Assembly (NCBI GenBank): GCA_026770705.1
Contig: JANJGN010000007.1
Coordinates: forward strand, 68,944,001-69,008,000
DNA from: Isurus oxyrinchus
Lineage: Eukaryota
Direction: 5' to 3'
Length of the DNA: 64,000 nucleotides
The notes under the pieces were generated by a model that was not told the DNA's origin, did no database searches, and saw only the letters and a list, made by a program, of their open reading frames with translations. The translations under genes and the position numbers were made by a program. Position 1 is the first letter of the stretch; every line of letters begins with the position of its first letter. Shown here piece after piece: positions 38,095 to 50,826 of the stretch.

Positions 38095-40250
38095 AAAGAA
38101 CAAAAGAAAAGTACAGCACAGAAACAGGCCCTTTGGCCCTTCAAGCCTGCGCCGATCATATTGCCCATCAACTAAAACATTTTGCACTTCCGGGGTCCGT
38201 ATCCCCCTATTCCCATCCTATTCATGTATTTGTCAAGCTGCCTCTTAAACACCACTATTGCACCTGCTTCCACCACCTCCTCTGGCAGTGAATTCCAGAC
38301 ACTCACTACCCTCTGCATAAAAAACTTGCCCTGTACATCTCCTTTATAGTTTTCTCCTCTCACCATAAATCTATGTCCCATAGTAATTGACTCTTCCACC
38401 CTGGGAAAAAGCTTCTGACTATCTACTCTGTCCATGCCACTCATAATTTTGTAAACTTCTATCAAGTCGCCCCTCAATCTCCGTCGCTCTAGTGAGAACA
38501 GTCCGAGTTTCTCCAACCTCTCCTCATAGCTAATAACTTCCAGACCAGACAGCATCCTGGTATACCTCCTCTGCACCCTCTCCAATGCCTCCATATTCTT
38601 CTGGTAATGTGGTGACCAGAATTGCCCGCAATATTCCAAGTGTGGCCTAACCAAAGTTCTATACAGCTGCAGCATTACTTCCCAACTTTTATACTCAATA
38701 CCCCTGCCAATGAAGGCAAGCATGCCATATGCCTTCCTGACTACCTTATCCACCTGCGTTGCCACTTTCAGTGACCTGTGGACCTGTACACCCAGATCCC
38801 TCTGCCCGTCGATGCACTTAAGGGTTCTGCCATTTACTGTATAATTCCTGCCTGTATTAGACCTTCCAAAATGCATTACCTCACATTTGTCCAGGTTAAA
38901 CTCCATCTGCCATTTCTCCGCCCAAGAGTCCAACCGATCTATATCCCATTGTATCCTTTGACAATCCTCTTCACTATCTGCAACTCCTCCAACCATAGTG
39001 TCATCTGCAAACTTACTAATTAGCCCAATTACATTTTCCTCCAAATCATTTATGTATACCACAAACAGCAAATGTCCCAGCACTGATCCCTGTGGAACTC
39101 CACTAGTCACAGTTCTCTATTCAGAAAAGCACCCTTCCACTGCTACCCTCTGTCATCTATGACCAAGCCAATTCTGTATCCATCCTGCCAGCTCACCTCT
39201 GATCCCATGCGACTTTACCTTCTGTACCGGTCTGCCATGAGGGACCCTTGTCAAAGGCCAAAATGAAATCCATGTATATAACATCCACTGCCCTTCCATC
39301 GTCGATCATCTTTGTCACTTCCTTGAAAAACTCGATCAAGTTAGTGAGACACGACCTCCCCTTCACAAAACCATGCTGCCTCTCACTAATATGCCCATTT
39401 GCTTCCAAATGGTTGTAAATCCTGTCACGAAGAATCTTCTCCAATAATTTCCCTACCACTCACCTGTAATTTCCTGGATTATCCCTGCTACCCTTCCTAA
39501 ACAATGGAACAACATTGGCCATTCTCCAGTCCTCTGAGACCTCACCTGTAGCCAGTGAGGATACAAAGATTTCTGTCAAGGCCCCAGCAATCTCCTCCCT
39601 TGTCTCCTTCAGTACTCTGGGGTAGATCCCATCTGGCCCTGGGGATTATCCACCTTAATATTCTTCAAGACGCCTAACACCTCCTCTTTTTTGATCTCAA
39701 CATGATCCAGGCTATCTACAAACTCTTCCCTAGACAAATCGATCACTAGGTCCTTCTCTTTGGTGAATACTGATGAGAAGTATTCATTTAGTTTCTCTCC
39801 CATTTCTTCTGGCTCCATACACAGATTTCTACCTTTGTCCCTGAGTGGGCCTACCCTTTCCCTGGCTACCCTCTTTTTACATATGTATAAAAGACCTTGG
39901 GATTTTTCTTAATCCTGGTTGCCAGTGACTTTTCATGACCCCTTTTAGCCCTCTTGACTCCTTGCTTAAGTTTCTTCCTGCTTTGTATTCTCCACGGGCT
40001 TCATCTGTTCCCAGCCTTCTAGCCCTTACGAATGCTTCCCTTTTCTTTTTGATTAATCTCACAATATCCTTCGTTATCCAAGGTTCCTGAAACTTGCCAT
40101 GCTTATCCTTCATCCTAGCAGGAACATGCTAGTCCTGAATTCTTATCAACTGACGTTTGAAAGCCCCCCACATGTCAGTTGTTGATTTGCCCTCAAACAT
40201 GCATCTCCAGTCTAGATTCCTCAGTTCCCTTCTAATATTGTTATAATTAG
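38095..40250 (-). mobile_element. CR1 LINE copy B (younger), nested in copy A; 312-aa open RT segment at 38172-39110
   Basis: GVPQGSVLG..YINDL..KFADD..LVRPHLEYC..RLRGDLIEVYK; upstream QHGFVKGRSCLTNLIEFF. Confidence 0.95.
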
Positions 40251-40277
40251 CCTCCTCACAACTCATAACCCCGCCCA

Positions 40278-40360
40278 GCTATGGCTTCTTCCATTGTGTT
40301 TCAACATCCATAGACTAGTAGATCATCCACTATGGCTCCCACTCCAGGAAGATCACTGAT
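40278..40360 (-). mobile_element. Gypsy RT catalytic segment, continuation of 35760-37214
   Basis: Reverse complement reads ISDLPGVGAIVDDLLVYGC*NTMEEAIA, which joins IADHDQNL..LERARQMNLKLN at ~37214. Confidence 0.8.
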
Positions 40361-41084
40361 TACCTTATGTTATCTGCGTTGACTGCCTTCTGAAGCCATG
40401 GAAATGCATATGCAACTATCTGTATCTCCCGAACAGCATCCAGAACGTCATTAGAGAGTTGTTGCTTTCATCCAGATAAATTGGTCATAAGCATGAGAGA
40501 CCCTTCATCAAGTCCATGAAGTAAATTTTGCAATTCCTTCCCCAGTCAAATTGAAAAGTGATGCATGACAAAGCTGGCAGCTTTTCCAATTACAATGGCA
40601 AAACTACGAGATTATAAAAGACTATTTAACAAGCCTGAACCTATGGATGTGTTCAATTGACAGATTTATTAGCAAGCGTCTAATCAGGCTCAGATAAACA
40701 TCACTAGACCCATCTAACAACAGCTGTTGACCAAATAGGCACAAAATACTAGCCAGTCACTACATGGCACAAACAGAACAAAAAGTTGGAGCCAGCAGAT
40801 CTTGCCTTGTTGTCCAGAGCAAGATTTACAACTTTTGGTATTTTGTTTCATGGATTACCTTCTAAATACTTTGTATAACTCCTACAGCAGTTCGCTCAAT
40901 AATAATTTCAACTACCCTTTGGCAGGGAAAAAATTTGGAAGTGTATGACACGTGCAATAAAAAAAATAGTGCCATGGAATCTTTTGCAATTACCTAAGTG
41001 AGAAAATGACACTCTTTTAAAAAGCAATTGCAGGATTTGCATACAACAACCATGATGACCATGAATGAAAGGAAAGAAAGCCTT

Positions 41085-41680
41085 ACATTTTAAATTGCCT
41101 TTCAGGGTGTCAGGGCTTCCCATAATGTTCACAGCTATTGAAGTACTTTTGAAGTGTAGTCACTGGTGTAATGTATGAAGTGTAGCAGACAAATTGCACA
41201 TAGCAAGCTTCTGCAAACAGCAATGTGATAATGATTTAATGATGTTGATTGAGGAATAAATATTTGATAGGGGTTAACTCTCCTACTCTTCTTTGACATA
41301 GTGCCATGGGATATTTTATATCCATCTGAGAGAAAATATGGGATTATGGTTTAAAGTCTCATCCAAAAGGCAGCATCTCCAAAAGTGCAGCACTCTCCCT
41401 CAGCAATGCTTTTCTAAAAATTTTGTTGTTGTGTATAGCAAGTTTTATCAATGCCCGTAACTGTGAAATTTTATGTGCAACCATGCAGGCATGGTGTTTA
41501 GCATAGAACAAAGCCTGCACACATGCAGGCCACAGGCTCACATGTGGCCACAAATACAAACGTTTTAACAGAACGTACTACGTTGCATGGACTGTCAAGC
41601 TACATTTTTGTGCTTCAGGGCCTCAAATGTGACTTGAACACTCAACCTTCTGATTTGGAGGCAAGAGTGCCACAGCTGTT
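41085..41680 (-). mobile_element. SacSINE1-like SINE interrupted by an ~190-bp insert (41405-41595)
   Basis: Antisense family text on both sides (agtgcagcactctccctcag ... tttttgtgcttcaggg..gtgacttgaacactcaacc). Confidence 0.75.
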
Positions 41681-42599
41681 ACTACAAATACCAGAAATAC
41701 CTTTAAGAGCCCCCTTGCTCAAAAGACAAGCCACTGCAAAATACAACTCCATTTGCCTAATATGGGGTTTGTGAGAAATTAGTTCAATGCCTCATCAATT
41801 TAGAGCAACTCTGAGATTCCCAATTGAAAGCAACCTGAACATAAATTTAACTTCAGTAAATGATAATGCCTTTGAAGTTTGTTCCTGACATTCTGGCTTC
41901 TCTGAAGGGACCTCCCCCTTCTTGCGATGTACTGTTTCAGCCCACTCCTGCCTGGTTTAGAGAATACATTACTGAAGTGGTGAGATCGATTGCCTATCTT
42001 GTGAATTCATCTTAATTCCTGAAATGAATTCATCCAACCAGCGTAATTGAATCTTTCACTTCTGTATGATAGGGGGAAGGGATAGTAGTTGGTCAATATC
42101 AGTTTAACCAAGATGCAAGTCAGGGAATTATTTTTTGTGGAGACAGTGTTAACAACCATCATCGTGTTGTCATCTTTGTTTCAAGGTTTATAAATCATTT
42201 TCCCATTATCAATTAAGCAAGGCTTCAGAAAGAAAGATGACTTCAGGACATCACAAAACGCTAATGACAGTGAATAACTTTTGAAATCTAATCACTGACT
42301 GCCATGCTTCTCTCCATTGCAACAATGTCACATTGCTGATTGTGGGAGTTGGCTGTGCGCAATTTGGCTGTCATGTTTCCTACATTTCAACAGTGGCTAA
42401 ACTTAAAAGGTACTTCATTAACTGTAAAGTGCTTTGGTCATGAAAGGTGCTATATAAATGCAAGCCTTTTTTACATATGCATAGCAGGTCCCACAATAAT
42501 AATGAAACTAATGATCTTTTTATGATCACTTGCTATCTCATCTGATGTTGCATCAGCTTCCCTGATGTGGCACAAACAAGATTCTACTGCTTGCACTGG

Positions 42600-43165
42600 T
42601 GAGAACCGTCATGATGGCTGGAAGCCTGCTGTGCATGTATAATAAACCCCTGCCCAGGGAAGCACATACAGATGAAAGCAGCAGCAAGTACCACCCTCCT
42701 GAAACTCTACTTGGAAAAGGGGATTTCCCTTCCTTTCTCAATATCAGATTAAGCCTCCTCCATCTCTTTCCCTCACTCCCTCCAACCTCATCGCTAACCC
42801 CAGGCGAAAAGCTTCGGAATTATTCATCACAAAAATTGACTATTTATGGAGCTCCCTTCTCAGCCACTCCCTTCTTATCACCTCCAATTCTGATGCCTTC
42901 TACATCCCCCACCCCCAAATCTCTCCCTTATTTCAGCTTTGATTCCACACCATTCTCCAGCTTCTCCCCCATTCTGCTGTCTATTTCTCATCAGGTTTAC
43001 CACATTCCTTGGTGCTTAGGTCTCTGGTGCTAAAACCTATTTCTTTGACTAAGTTTTTGATTATCTACTCGAATATCCCTTTAGGTGGCTCAGTGTCAAA
43101 TTTTGTTGTACAATGCTGCTGTGATGTGCTCAGGCCATTTTATTAAAGGCAGCACATAAGTTGTA
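42600..43165 (+). mobile_element. L2-type LINE fragments with 3' tail
   Basis: Pyrimidine-rich L2-like text and tail ggctcagtgtcaaatttt..gctgtgatgtgctcagg..ttaaaggcagcacataagttgtagttgttgtt. Confidence 0.6.
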
Positions 43166-44336
43166 GTTGTTGTTAACTTGCTACAGATTACAGGAGGAGC
43201 ACTGAAGATTTACTATGCATTGGATGTTCAGTTTTTCTTGAGGCATCAGTTTGAGCTGCATAATGGAGGCCAGGTTCTGTGCTACTGAAAGAAGGAAGAG
43301 AAAGGATAACTTAGATATTTTCATAAAGATGGTCAGCCTTGTCATCCTCAGGGAGCTCCCACCAACATTCAGTCAGACCTATTTACCTATGGTTGTGAAA
43401 CGTTGCACCCAGACCCAAAGCAGGGTTCAGATAGAAATAAATCATTATTTAAAAAGCCTCATTGGAAATTTGAGACAATCAATCTTTGTGCATTTTGCTG
43501 GACTTCTTCACATAAAAAACCTACCCCATCAGCAAAGTTATACTCAGACAAAGCCAACGTCAAACAGAAATTGAGAATGCCAGTAAGTTTTCAATGGCTC
43601 ATTGAGAAGGGACTGATTTTACAACTGGAGCCTCCACTCTTGCTACTCCACCTCCAACCACCTGACTATCTGCATCATCAAGTTATCATGATCAGGGATG
43701 TGGATTGCACTTCAAAATTAAACCAAAGATTTACAATAGTAGAGAAGGAAATTCAGCTTTTCTAAATAAACCTGACAAAATTTCTAGTCCCTGAAGCACC
43801 TAGTTTTGCCCACAAAGCAACAGACGCTGTGACAGAAAGGCAATCAAATTTAAGTGTTACATCTCAAATTAAACACAGTCATTTAGTGTGTTGAAATTGT
43901 GATAAGGTCAAATTGGAGTACTGAACTTGTTTGCTGCTGCCTGCAGTTAAATGTAGACTGCTGCACTGAAGGAGTTGTTGTCTTTGACTAAAGGCTTGCA
44001 GTGGTGTGGACTGTTAACTGCTTCTCTTCAGCTTCTTAAATGCTGCACTGCGTTCCATTGTACACTAATGATTTTTTGGCAAGCAACTGTTATGCCTGCT
44101 GGCCTGATTTTTGAACTGCTTCATACTTGTGTCAAATTGGCAACTTTCCAACTTTTAGATAGCTAGGTTTATTCTGCTTTGAAAGGCCAAAGGTGTCTCA
44201 TGTTGGATGCTTTTGAGGCCAATGCAGCATTGGTGCCTGCTGTTATTATTATGTTACCAATTATTGTCATTGCACTGGTTGTTTGTTTTCAAAACTCAAA
44301 TTAATTGGTAAGAACAGATCCTAACAGCCTTAAACC

Positions 44337-44772
44337 AGCCATGGCTCAGTTGGTATCACTCTCACCTCTGTGTCACAAGGACCTGGGTTCAAGTTCCATT
44401 CCAGGACTTGAACATAAAAATCAAGGCAGAGCAATACTGAGGGGTGCTGCACCGTTTTTTGGATGAGATGTTAAACTGAGGCTCCGTCTGCTGTCTGAGG
44501 TGAATGTAAAAGTTCTCACGGCACTATTTCAGAGAAAAACAGGGGACTTATCCCTGGTGTCCAGGCCAATATTTATTCCTCAATAAACATAACAAAAACA
44601 GATTCTCTGATCATTATCACATTGCTGTTTGTGGGAGCTTGCTGTGCACAAATTAGCTGCCATATTTCCTACATTACAACAGTGGCTACACTTCAAAAAT
44701 ACCTAATTGGCTGTAAAGTGCTATTAGACATCCTGTGGTTCTGAAGGGCACTTTATAAATGCAAGTCTGTCT
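44337..44772 (+). mobile_element. tRNA-derived SINE (SacSINE1/DeuSINE-like), near full length
   Basis: A box tggctcagttgg, B box ggttcaagttc, central body and tail tttataaatgcaagtc. Confidence 0.9.
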
Positions 44773-45029
44773 TAAATTGATAATATTCTGGGAGTAAACT
44801 TATGCAACATAAACATGGTTGCATTTCTATATTCTTGATAAAGAGTGTAACAACATCAGTGGGCTTAAGAAAACACTTAATCATTCCCCAGAGGAAGGTG
44901 CAGGCTAACATGAGAGTGAAAACAGAAAGCATCATAAGAAAAATATGGATGTGGAAAGTTTGTATGGTCCATCCTTAGCTCATATATCCAACAACACCAA
45001 CTTATATCATGCATTTAAAGTATTGAATT

Positions 45030-45670
45030 TTGTCACAAGGCACTTCACGGGTCCCTTACAAAACAAAATATGACACCAAGTCACATGAGGAGATATTAGG
45101 GTAGACAACCAAAAGCTTAGACAAAGCGTGGATTGTAAGGAGCATCCTAAAGGAGGAAAGCGAGATAAGAGGTGGATAGGTTTAGAGAGCGAATTCTAGA
45201 ACTTAGCATTCATTAATGGAGCAATTAAAATGAGCATTAGAGGTATACACATATCTCAGAGGGTTGTGGGGTTGAAGGAGATTACAGAGTTAGGAGAGGG
45301 TGAGGCCATGGAAGGATTTGAAAACAAGAATGAGAATTTTAACATCGAGGTGTTGCTTAACCAGGAACTAACATAGGTCAGTGATGATGGGTGAATGGGA
45401 TTTGGTGTGATTAGGACATGGGCAGACATCAACTTTACAGAATGTAGGAGATCAAGTTTAGAGGTAGCAAAGACATGGATGAGAGTTTCAGCAACAGATG
45501 AACTGAAGTGGTGGAATCAGGTGATGTTCTCTAAGTGGAAATACGCAGTCTAAAGTAATGTCACAGATTTGTTGTTGGAATCTCTTCGTAGGTTCAAATA
45601 TGACACCAAGGTGATGAGCAGACGGCCTCAGACAGTTGCAAAGGAGAGCAATGGAGTTGGTAGCTAGGGA
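45030..45670 (-). mobile_element. L2-type LINE 3' region
   Basis: Antisense L2 3' UTR and RT end (gaggccatggaaggatttgaaaacaagaatgagaattttaa = LKILILVFKSFHGL). Confidence 0.8.
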
Positions 45671-45699
45671 ATTGATACAACCTAGAGAATTCCCATCCC

Positions 45700-46130
45700 A
45701 TCATAGCATCAGGCTGTTTCTTAAATTATTCCAGGGTATTTGCCTGTACTTAAATATCCACAAGTCCATTCTATGCATTGATTACATTATTAGCCTTTGT
45801 GAATAAAACATACTAGCCTCAGTCCTATAATTAGACTCTCACCAACTTGTATCGCCACCTCTTTGCCATACAGTCATAGTTTAATTTGAAGTAGTGTTAT
45901 GAATTTACCTTTTCTATGCTATTTACTAACTCATGTACCTCTACGAAGTCCTCTCTCAATCTACATTTAGATTGAAATAAAAAGCCTAAGTTTCTTCAGC
46001 CTTTCCTTATAACTTGGTTCTTTGATGTCAGAGATGAACCTCATAGATCTTTTCTGCCCTGCCACCAGGGCTTAAATATTGCTCATGGCCTAGCAACCAG
46101 ACCTGAGCCGATCACTGCTCAGTTTTAGCA
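45700..46130 (-). mobile_element. Very old CR1 RT fragment
   Basis: Decayed antisense CR1 text (aagcctaagtttcttcagcctttccttataac). Confidence 0.45.
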
Positions 46131-46409
46131 CCACTTTCCTTTGAATTTAACTGCTGGTTGGTGAAAGATACTGGCCGATTAGAAGATGGTTGTAAATTTC
46201 TGACTCTGCGTCAGGTGAAAAAAAACCACACAAAATTACTGCCTGTCTTTCCTTTTTAATACTTTGAAATGTGATATATAAAGTGCTGCAAACCTTTGTA
46301 GATAGGTCTTTATTTGATGAAGTTTTTATTGAAGATAGTACTTTAAAATCATGCCCTCTGCCTGCCCTGTAGTTTCAAAGACAGACAATTTCATTTATAA
46401 AATAAATGA

Positions 46410-46822
46410 AGAGAGCACTCAGTAGAGTACATATCTCACTGAAGAGGCTTCAGGCCAATCCGTACCCAACAACCTGCTCTGAAAACTCTGCTCATGTTTT
46501 GACAGCTTTGTCTCAACTGCTGTGGAGAAATTTGTCAATCTCAACATTCTAAAATAATCAATAGCATTCTAAATAAAACACCCCACAGCATTCTAAAAAA
46601 GAATAAATTTGCCCCTATCTCCCAATGTTAATAGATCCTTTAAAAACATTCCAGGATCCTGATCTGCATCTTTGCCAAAGCTCGTTTGTTCTTCCTCGGC
46701 CATACCCTATCGGGTACCAAGTTTCATTCTGTCCATTACTTTTTGAGGTACATTGTTCACAAGCAGACAGACTAATGGAGCAAAAATATTACCTCTGCCC
46801 ACCTTCAATGGCAGAGGTAAAA
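46410..46822 (+). mobile_element. Non-autonomous Helentron/Helitron2-like element
   Basis: 5' gagcactcagtagagtacatatctc, internal ccaagtttcat and cagacagac, and a terminal perfect 11-bp hairpin ttacctctgcc-10nt-ggcagaggtaa (46789-46820). Family assignment from recalled fish elements. Confidence 0.5.
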
Positions 46823-47946
46823 ATGGCAATGTTTAAGAGTTAAATACAATAATAGTAATCTATCAAAATCAAATAAGATCCTCTGTATTTTGTGCTTTTT
46901 GTACATTTGTGTCAACTTGGAACGTTCCTGATTGTTCAGTTGAAAAGAGCTAGGAGCACATCTAATGATATTGTGAATAAGTACCAGAAGCTGACTGAAA
47001 GAAGGATACCATAGTTGGGCTGTGTTGTTTACTGCTCTTTTAAGACCAAATCACCAAACAGCTGTTCATGCTTCTCAAAGAAATGGTAGTTCAATGCCTT
47101 GAGACCTTTAGTAACACATCTACATCACCTTAACAGATGGCTTCGCTGAATCCTTGAATAGCATTTTGTAGTATTTTTCTTATTTTTTATTAATTGAAAT
47201 TCCTAGAGCAAATACCTACAGTTATGTTTTATGGTACATGTGCAGCTTGAAAAAGGTTTAGTCAATATCTCCACATTATATTTGTGCTGAAGTAACCAGC
47301 AAACTGTGTACAGAATGAAGCTTGTGAAACTTATAATCTCAGGAGCTCCAGTAAAAGTTGCAGATTCAAATATTGTTCACATGAGGAACAACATGGTGGA
47401 CGGCCTCACTTTATACTCGTGATCTGCATAATGCTATGGAATAAATGAGCAGGGAAGAGGACAATATATGAAAGTTCAAAAGGCAATTAAAATAGATGCA
47501 TTTTTGGAACATGACAGGACTGAGGCATGTTCTGAGAAGACCAGTAGCTAGCTCTAACTTATCAAAAAGCAAAGAGTTTGTTGGGACTTTTAGTCTTTTA
47601 TTCCTTCTAGAAATTCTTTCTGCACCTGTTTAGTGGTGAACAATAATGAATGCAAGCCCAAATCTTCCAGTCTCCGCATCATTGGACCACTCATTCACTG
47701 ACCCACACTCAAAGACTCGACCTTTAAACTTATGAGATATAATACAGCAGCTAGTGCCATAAAAAGGGAGGGAATGTCTTATCGTCTCCCAATTCTATTC
47801 CAGAGGCCGCTGCGTATTTCTCTGACCGCCAGGATCAGAAGCAGCATTGGGTCAGGAGAATCTTACGCGCAGTAGCAATGTGCCTAGCATTGACACTACT
47901 CACAGGTTTCAGGCTAAAAAGTTCAAATGGGATGCTTTGATTATAA

Positions 47947-49530
47947 AACAAAAACAGAATTACCTGGAAAAACTCAGCAGCATCGGCGGAGAAGAAAAGA
48001 GTTGACGTTTCGAGTCCTCATGACCCTTCAACAGAACTGAGTAAATATTAGGTTGGGGGGGGGGGAGAGAGAAGTGGGGGGGGGGGGGTAGTAGGGACAA
48101 GCAAGCAGTGATAGGAGCAGATAATCAAAAGATGTCACAGACAAAGGAACAAAGAACTGTTGAAGGTGGTGATATTATCTAAACGAATGTGCTAATTAAG
48201 AATGGATGGCAGGGCACTCAAGGCACAGCTCTAGTGTGGGTGGGGTGGAAAGACTAGCAGGGCATACAAGATTTAAAAATAATGGAAATAGGTGGGAAAA
48301 GAAAAATCTATATAAATTATTGGAAAAAACAAAAGGAAGGGGGAAGAAATGGAAAGGGGGTGGGGATGGAGGAAGGAGTTCAAGATCTAAAGTTGTTGAA
48401 TTCAATATTCAGTCCGGAAGGCTGTAAAGTGCCTAGTCGGAAGATGAGGTGCAGTTGCTCCAGTTTGCGTTGGGCTTCACTGGAACAATGCAGCAAGCCA
48501 AGGACAGACACGTGGGCAAGAGAGCAGGGTCGAGTGTTAAAATGACAAGCGACAGGGAGGTCTGGGTCTTTCTTGCGGACAGACTGCAGATGTTCTGCAA
48601 AGCGGTCACCCAGTTTACATTTGGTCTCTCCAATGTAGAGGAGACCGCATTGGGAGCAATGAATGCAGTAGACTAAGTTGGGGGAAATGCAAGTGAAATA
48701 CTGCTTCACTTGAAAGGAGTGTTTGGGCCCTTGGATGGTGAGGAGAGAGGAAGTGAAGGGACAGGTGTTGCATCTTTAGCGTGGGCATGGGGTGGTGCCA
48801 TAGGAGGGGATTGAGGAGAAGGGGGTGATGAAGAGTGGACAAGGGTGTCCCAGAGGGAACGATCCCTACGGATGCCGCCATGGTGGGGTGAAGGGAAGAT
48901 GTGTTTGGTGGTGGCATCATGCTGGAATTGGTAGAAATGGCAGAGGATGATCCTTTGAATGCGGATGCTGGTGGGGTGATAAGTGAGGACAAGGGGGACC
49001 CTATCATGTTTCTGGGAGGGAGGAGAAGACGTGAGGGCGGATGCGCGGGAGATGAGCTGGACACAGTTGAGGGCCCTGTCGACGACCGTGGGTGGAAAAC
49101 CTCAGTTAAGGAAGAAGGAGGACATGTCAGAGGAACCGTTTTTGAAGGTAGCATCACCAGAACAGATGCGACGGAGGCGAAGGAACTGAGAGAATGGGAT
49201 GGAGTCCTTACAGGAAGCGGGGTGTGAGGAGCTGTAGTTGAGGTAGCTGTGGGAGTCGGTAGGTTTGTAATGGATTTTGGTGGACAGTCTATCACCAGAA
49301 ATTGAGACAGGGAGGTCAAAGAAAGGAAGGGAAGTGTCAGAGATGGACCATGTGAAAATGATAGAGGGGTGGAGATTGGAAGCAAAATTAATAAATTTTT
49401 CCAAGTCCCGACGAGAGCATGAAGCAGCACCGAAGTAATCATTGATGTACCGGAGAAAGAGTTGTGGAAGGAGGCCAGAGTAGGACTGGAACAAGGAATG
49501 TTCCACGTACCCCATAAAGAGACAGGCATA
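47947..49530 (-). mobile_element. Penelope-like element, left arm (RT end, GIY-YIG, 3' terminus)
   Basis: YACLFMGYVE..FLRYINDYFG..LPFFD..YKPTDSH (PLE RT) and NLVYCIHCSQCGLLYIGET..RFAEH (GIY-YIG). Confidence 0.95.
47997..48040 (-). ncRNA. Minimal type I hammerhead ribozyme (variant core) in the PLE left arm
   Basis: Reverse complement: agtt CTGTTGA a gggtc-atgag-gactc GAAA c GTC aact, giving stem I, stem II, GAAA and a GUC cleavage triplet. Confidence 0.7.
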
Positions 49531-49660
49531 TGCAAATTTATTTATTAACTACAGCTCCTCACACCCCGCTTCCTGTAAGGACTCCATCCCATTCTCTCAG
49601 TTTCTTCGCCTCCGTCGTATCTGTTCTGATTATGCTATAATCAAAAACAGTTCCTCTGAC

Positions 49661-50410
49661 ATGTTCTCCTTCTTCCTTAACCGAGGTTTTCCACCCACGG
49701 TCGTTGACAGGGCCCTCAACTGTGTCCGGCCCATCTCCCGCGCATCCGCCCTCACACCTTCTCCTCCCTCCCAGAAACATGATAGGGTCCCCCTTGTCCT
49801 CACTTATCACCCCACCAGCCTCCGCATTCAAAGGATCATCCTCCCCCATTTCCGCCAACTCCAGCATTATGCCACCACCAAACACATCTTTCCTTCACCG
49901 CCCCCCCCGGCGGCATTCTGTAGCGATCGTTCCGTCAGGGACACCCTGGTCCACTCCTCCATCACCCCCTTCTCCTCAACCCCCTCCTATGGCACCACCC
50001 CATGCCCACGCAAAAGATGCAACACCTGCCCCTTCACTTCCTCTCTCCTCACCATCCAAGAGCCCAAACACTTCTTTCAAGTGAAGCAGCATTTCACTTG
50101 CATTTCCTCCAACTTAGTCTACTGCATTCGTTGCTCCCAATGCGGTCTCCTCTACATTGGAGAGACCAAATGTGAACTGGGTGACAGCTTTGCAGAACAC
50201 CTGCGGTCTGTCCGCAAGAAAGACCCAAACCTCCCTGTCACTTGTCATTTTAACACTCGACCCTGCTCTCTTGCCCACATGTCTGCCCTTGGCTTGCTGC
50301 ATTGTTCCAGTGAAGCCCAACGCAAACTGGAGGAACAGCACCTCGTCTTCCGATTAGGCACTTTACAGCCTTCTGGACTGAATATTGAATTCAACAACTT
50401 TAGATCTTGA
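49661..50410 (+). pseudogene. PLE ORF remnant: RT thumb/linker plus GIY-YIG endonuclease (249 aa open)
   Basis: PLVLTYHP, CPRKRCNTCP, NLVYCIRCSQCGLLYIGET, EHLRSVR, HFN, RKLEE..LGTLQPSGLN; 5'-truncated. Confidence 0.9.
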
Positions 50411-50786
50411 ACTCCTTCCTCCATCCCCACCCCCTTTCTGTTTCTTCCCCCTTCCTTTTGTTTTTTCCAATAATTTATATGGATTTTTCTTTTCCCACCT
50501 ATTTCCATTATTTTTAAATCTTGTATGCCCTGCTAGTCTTTCCACCCCATCCCCACTGGAGCTGTACCTTGAGTGCCCTGCCATCCATTCTTAATTAGTA
50601 CATTTGTTTAGATAATATCACCACCTTCAACACCTCTTTGTTCCTTTGCCTGTGACATCTTTTGATTATCTGCTCCTATCACTGCTTGCTTGTCCCTAGA
50701 ACCACACCACCCCACCCCCCACTTCTCTCCCCCCCCCACCCCCACCTTAAACCAGCTTATATTTCACCCCTCTCCTAATATTCACT

Positions 50787-50826
50787 CAGTTCTGTTGAAG
50801 GCTCATGAGGACTCGAAATGTCAACT
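50787..50826 (+). ncRNA. Minimal hammerhead ribozyme (variant, more decayed) in the PLE right arm
   Basis: cagtt CTGTTGA aggctcatgaggactc GAAA tGTC aact. Confidence 0.6.

Noticed and set aside
38172-39110. Active autonomous CR1 or domesticated RT gene
   Set aside because: The upstream ORF2 is broken by frameshifts and the copy is 5'-truncated.
48615-49535. 306-aa minus-strand ORF as a separate gene
   Set aside because: Alternative frame of the C-rich Penelope-like coding region; the RT and GIY-YIG motifs are in other frames.
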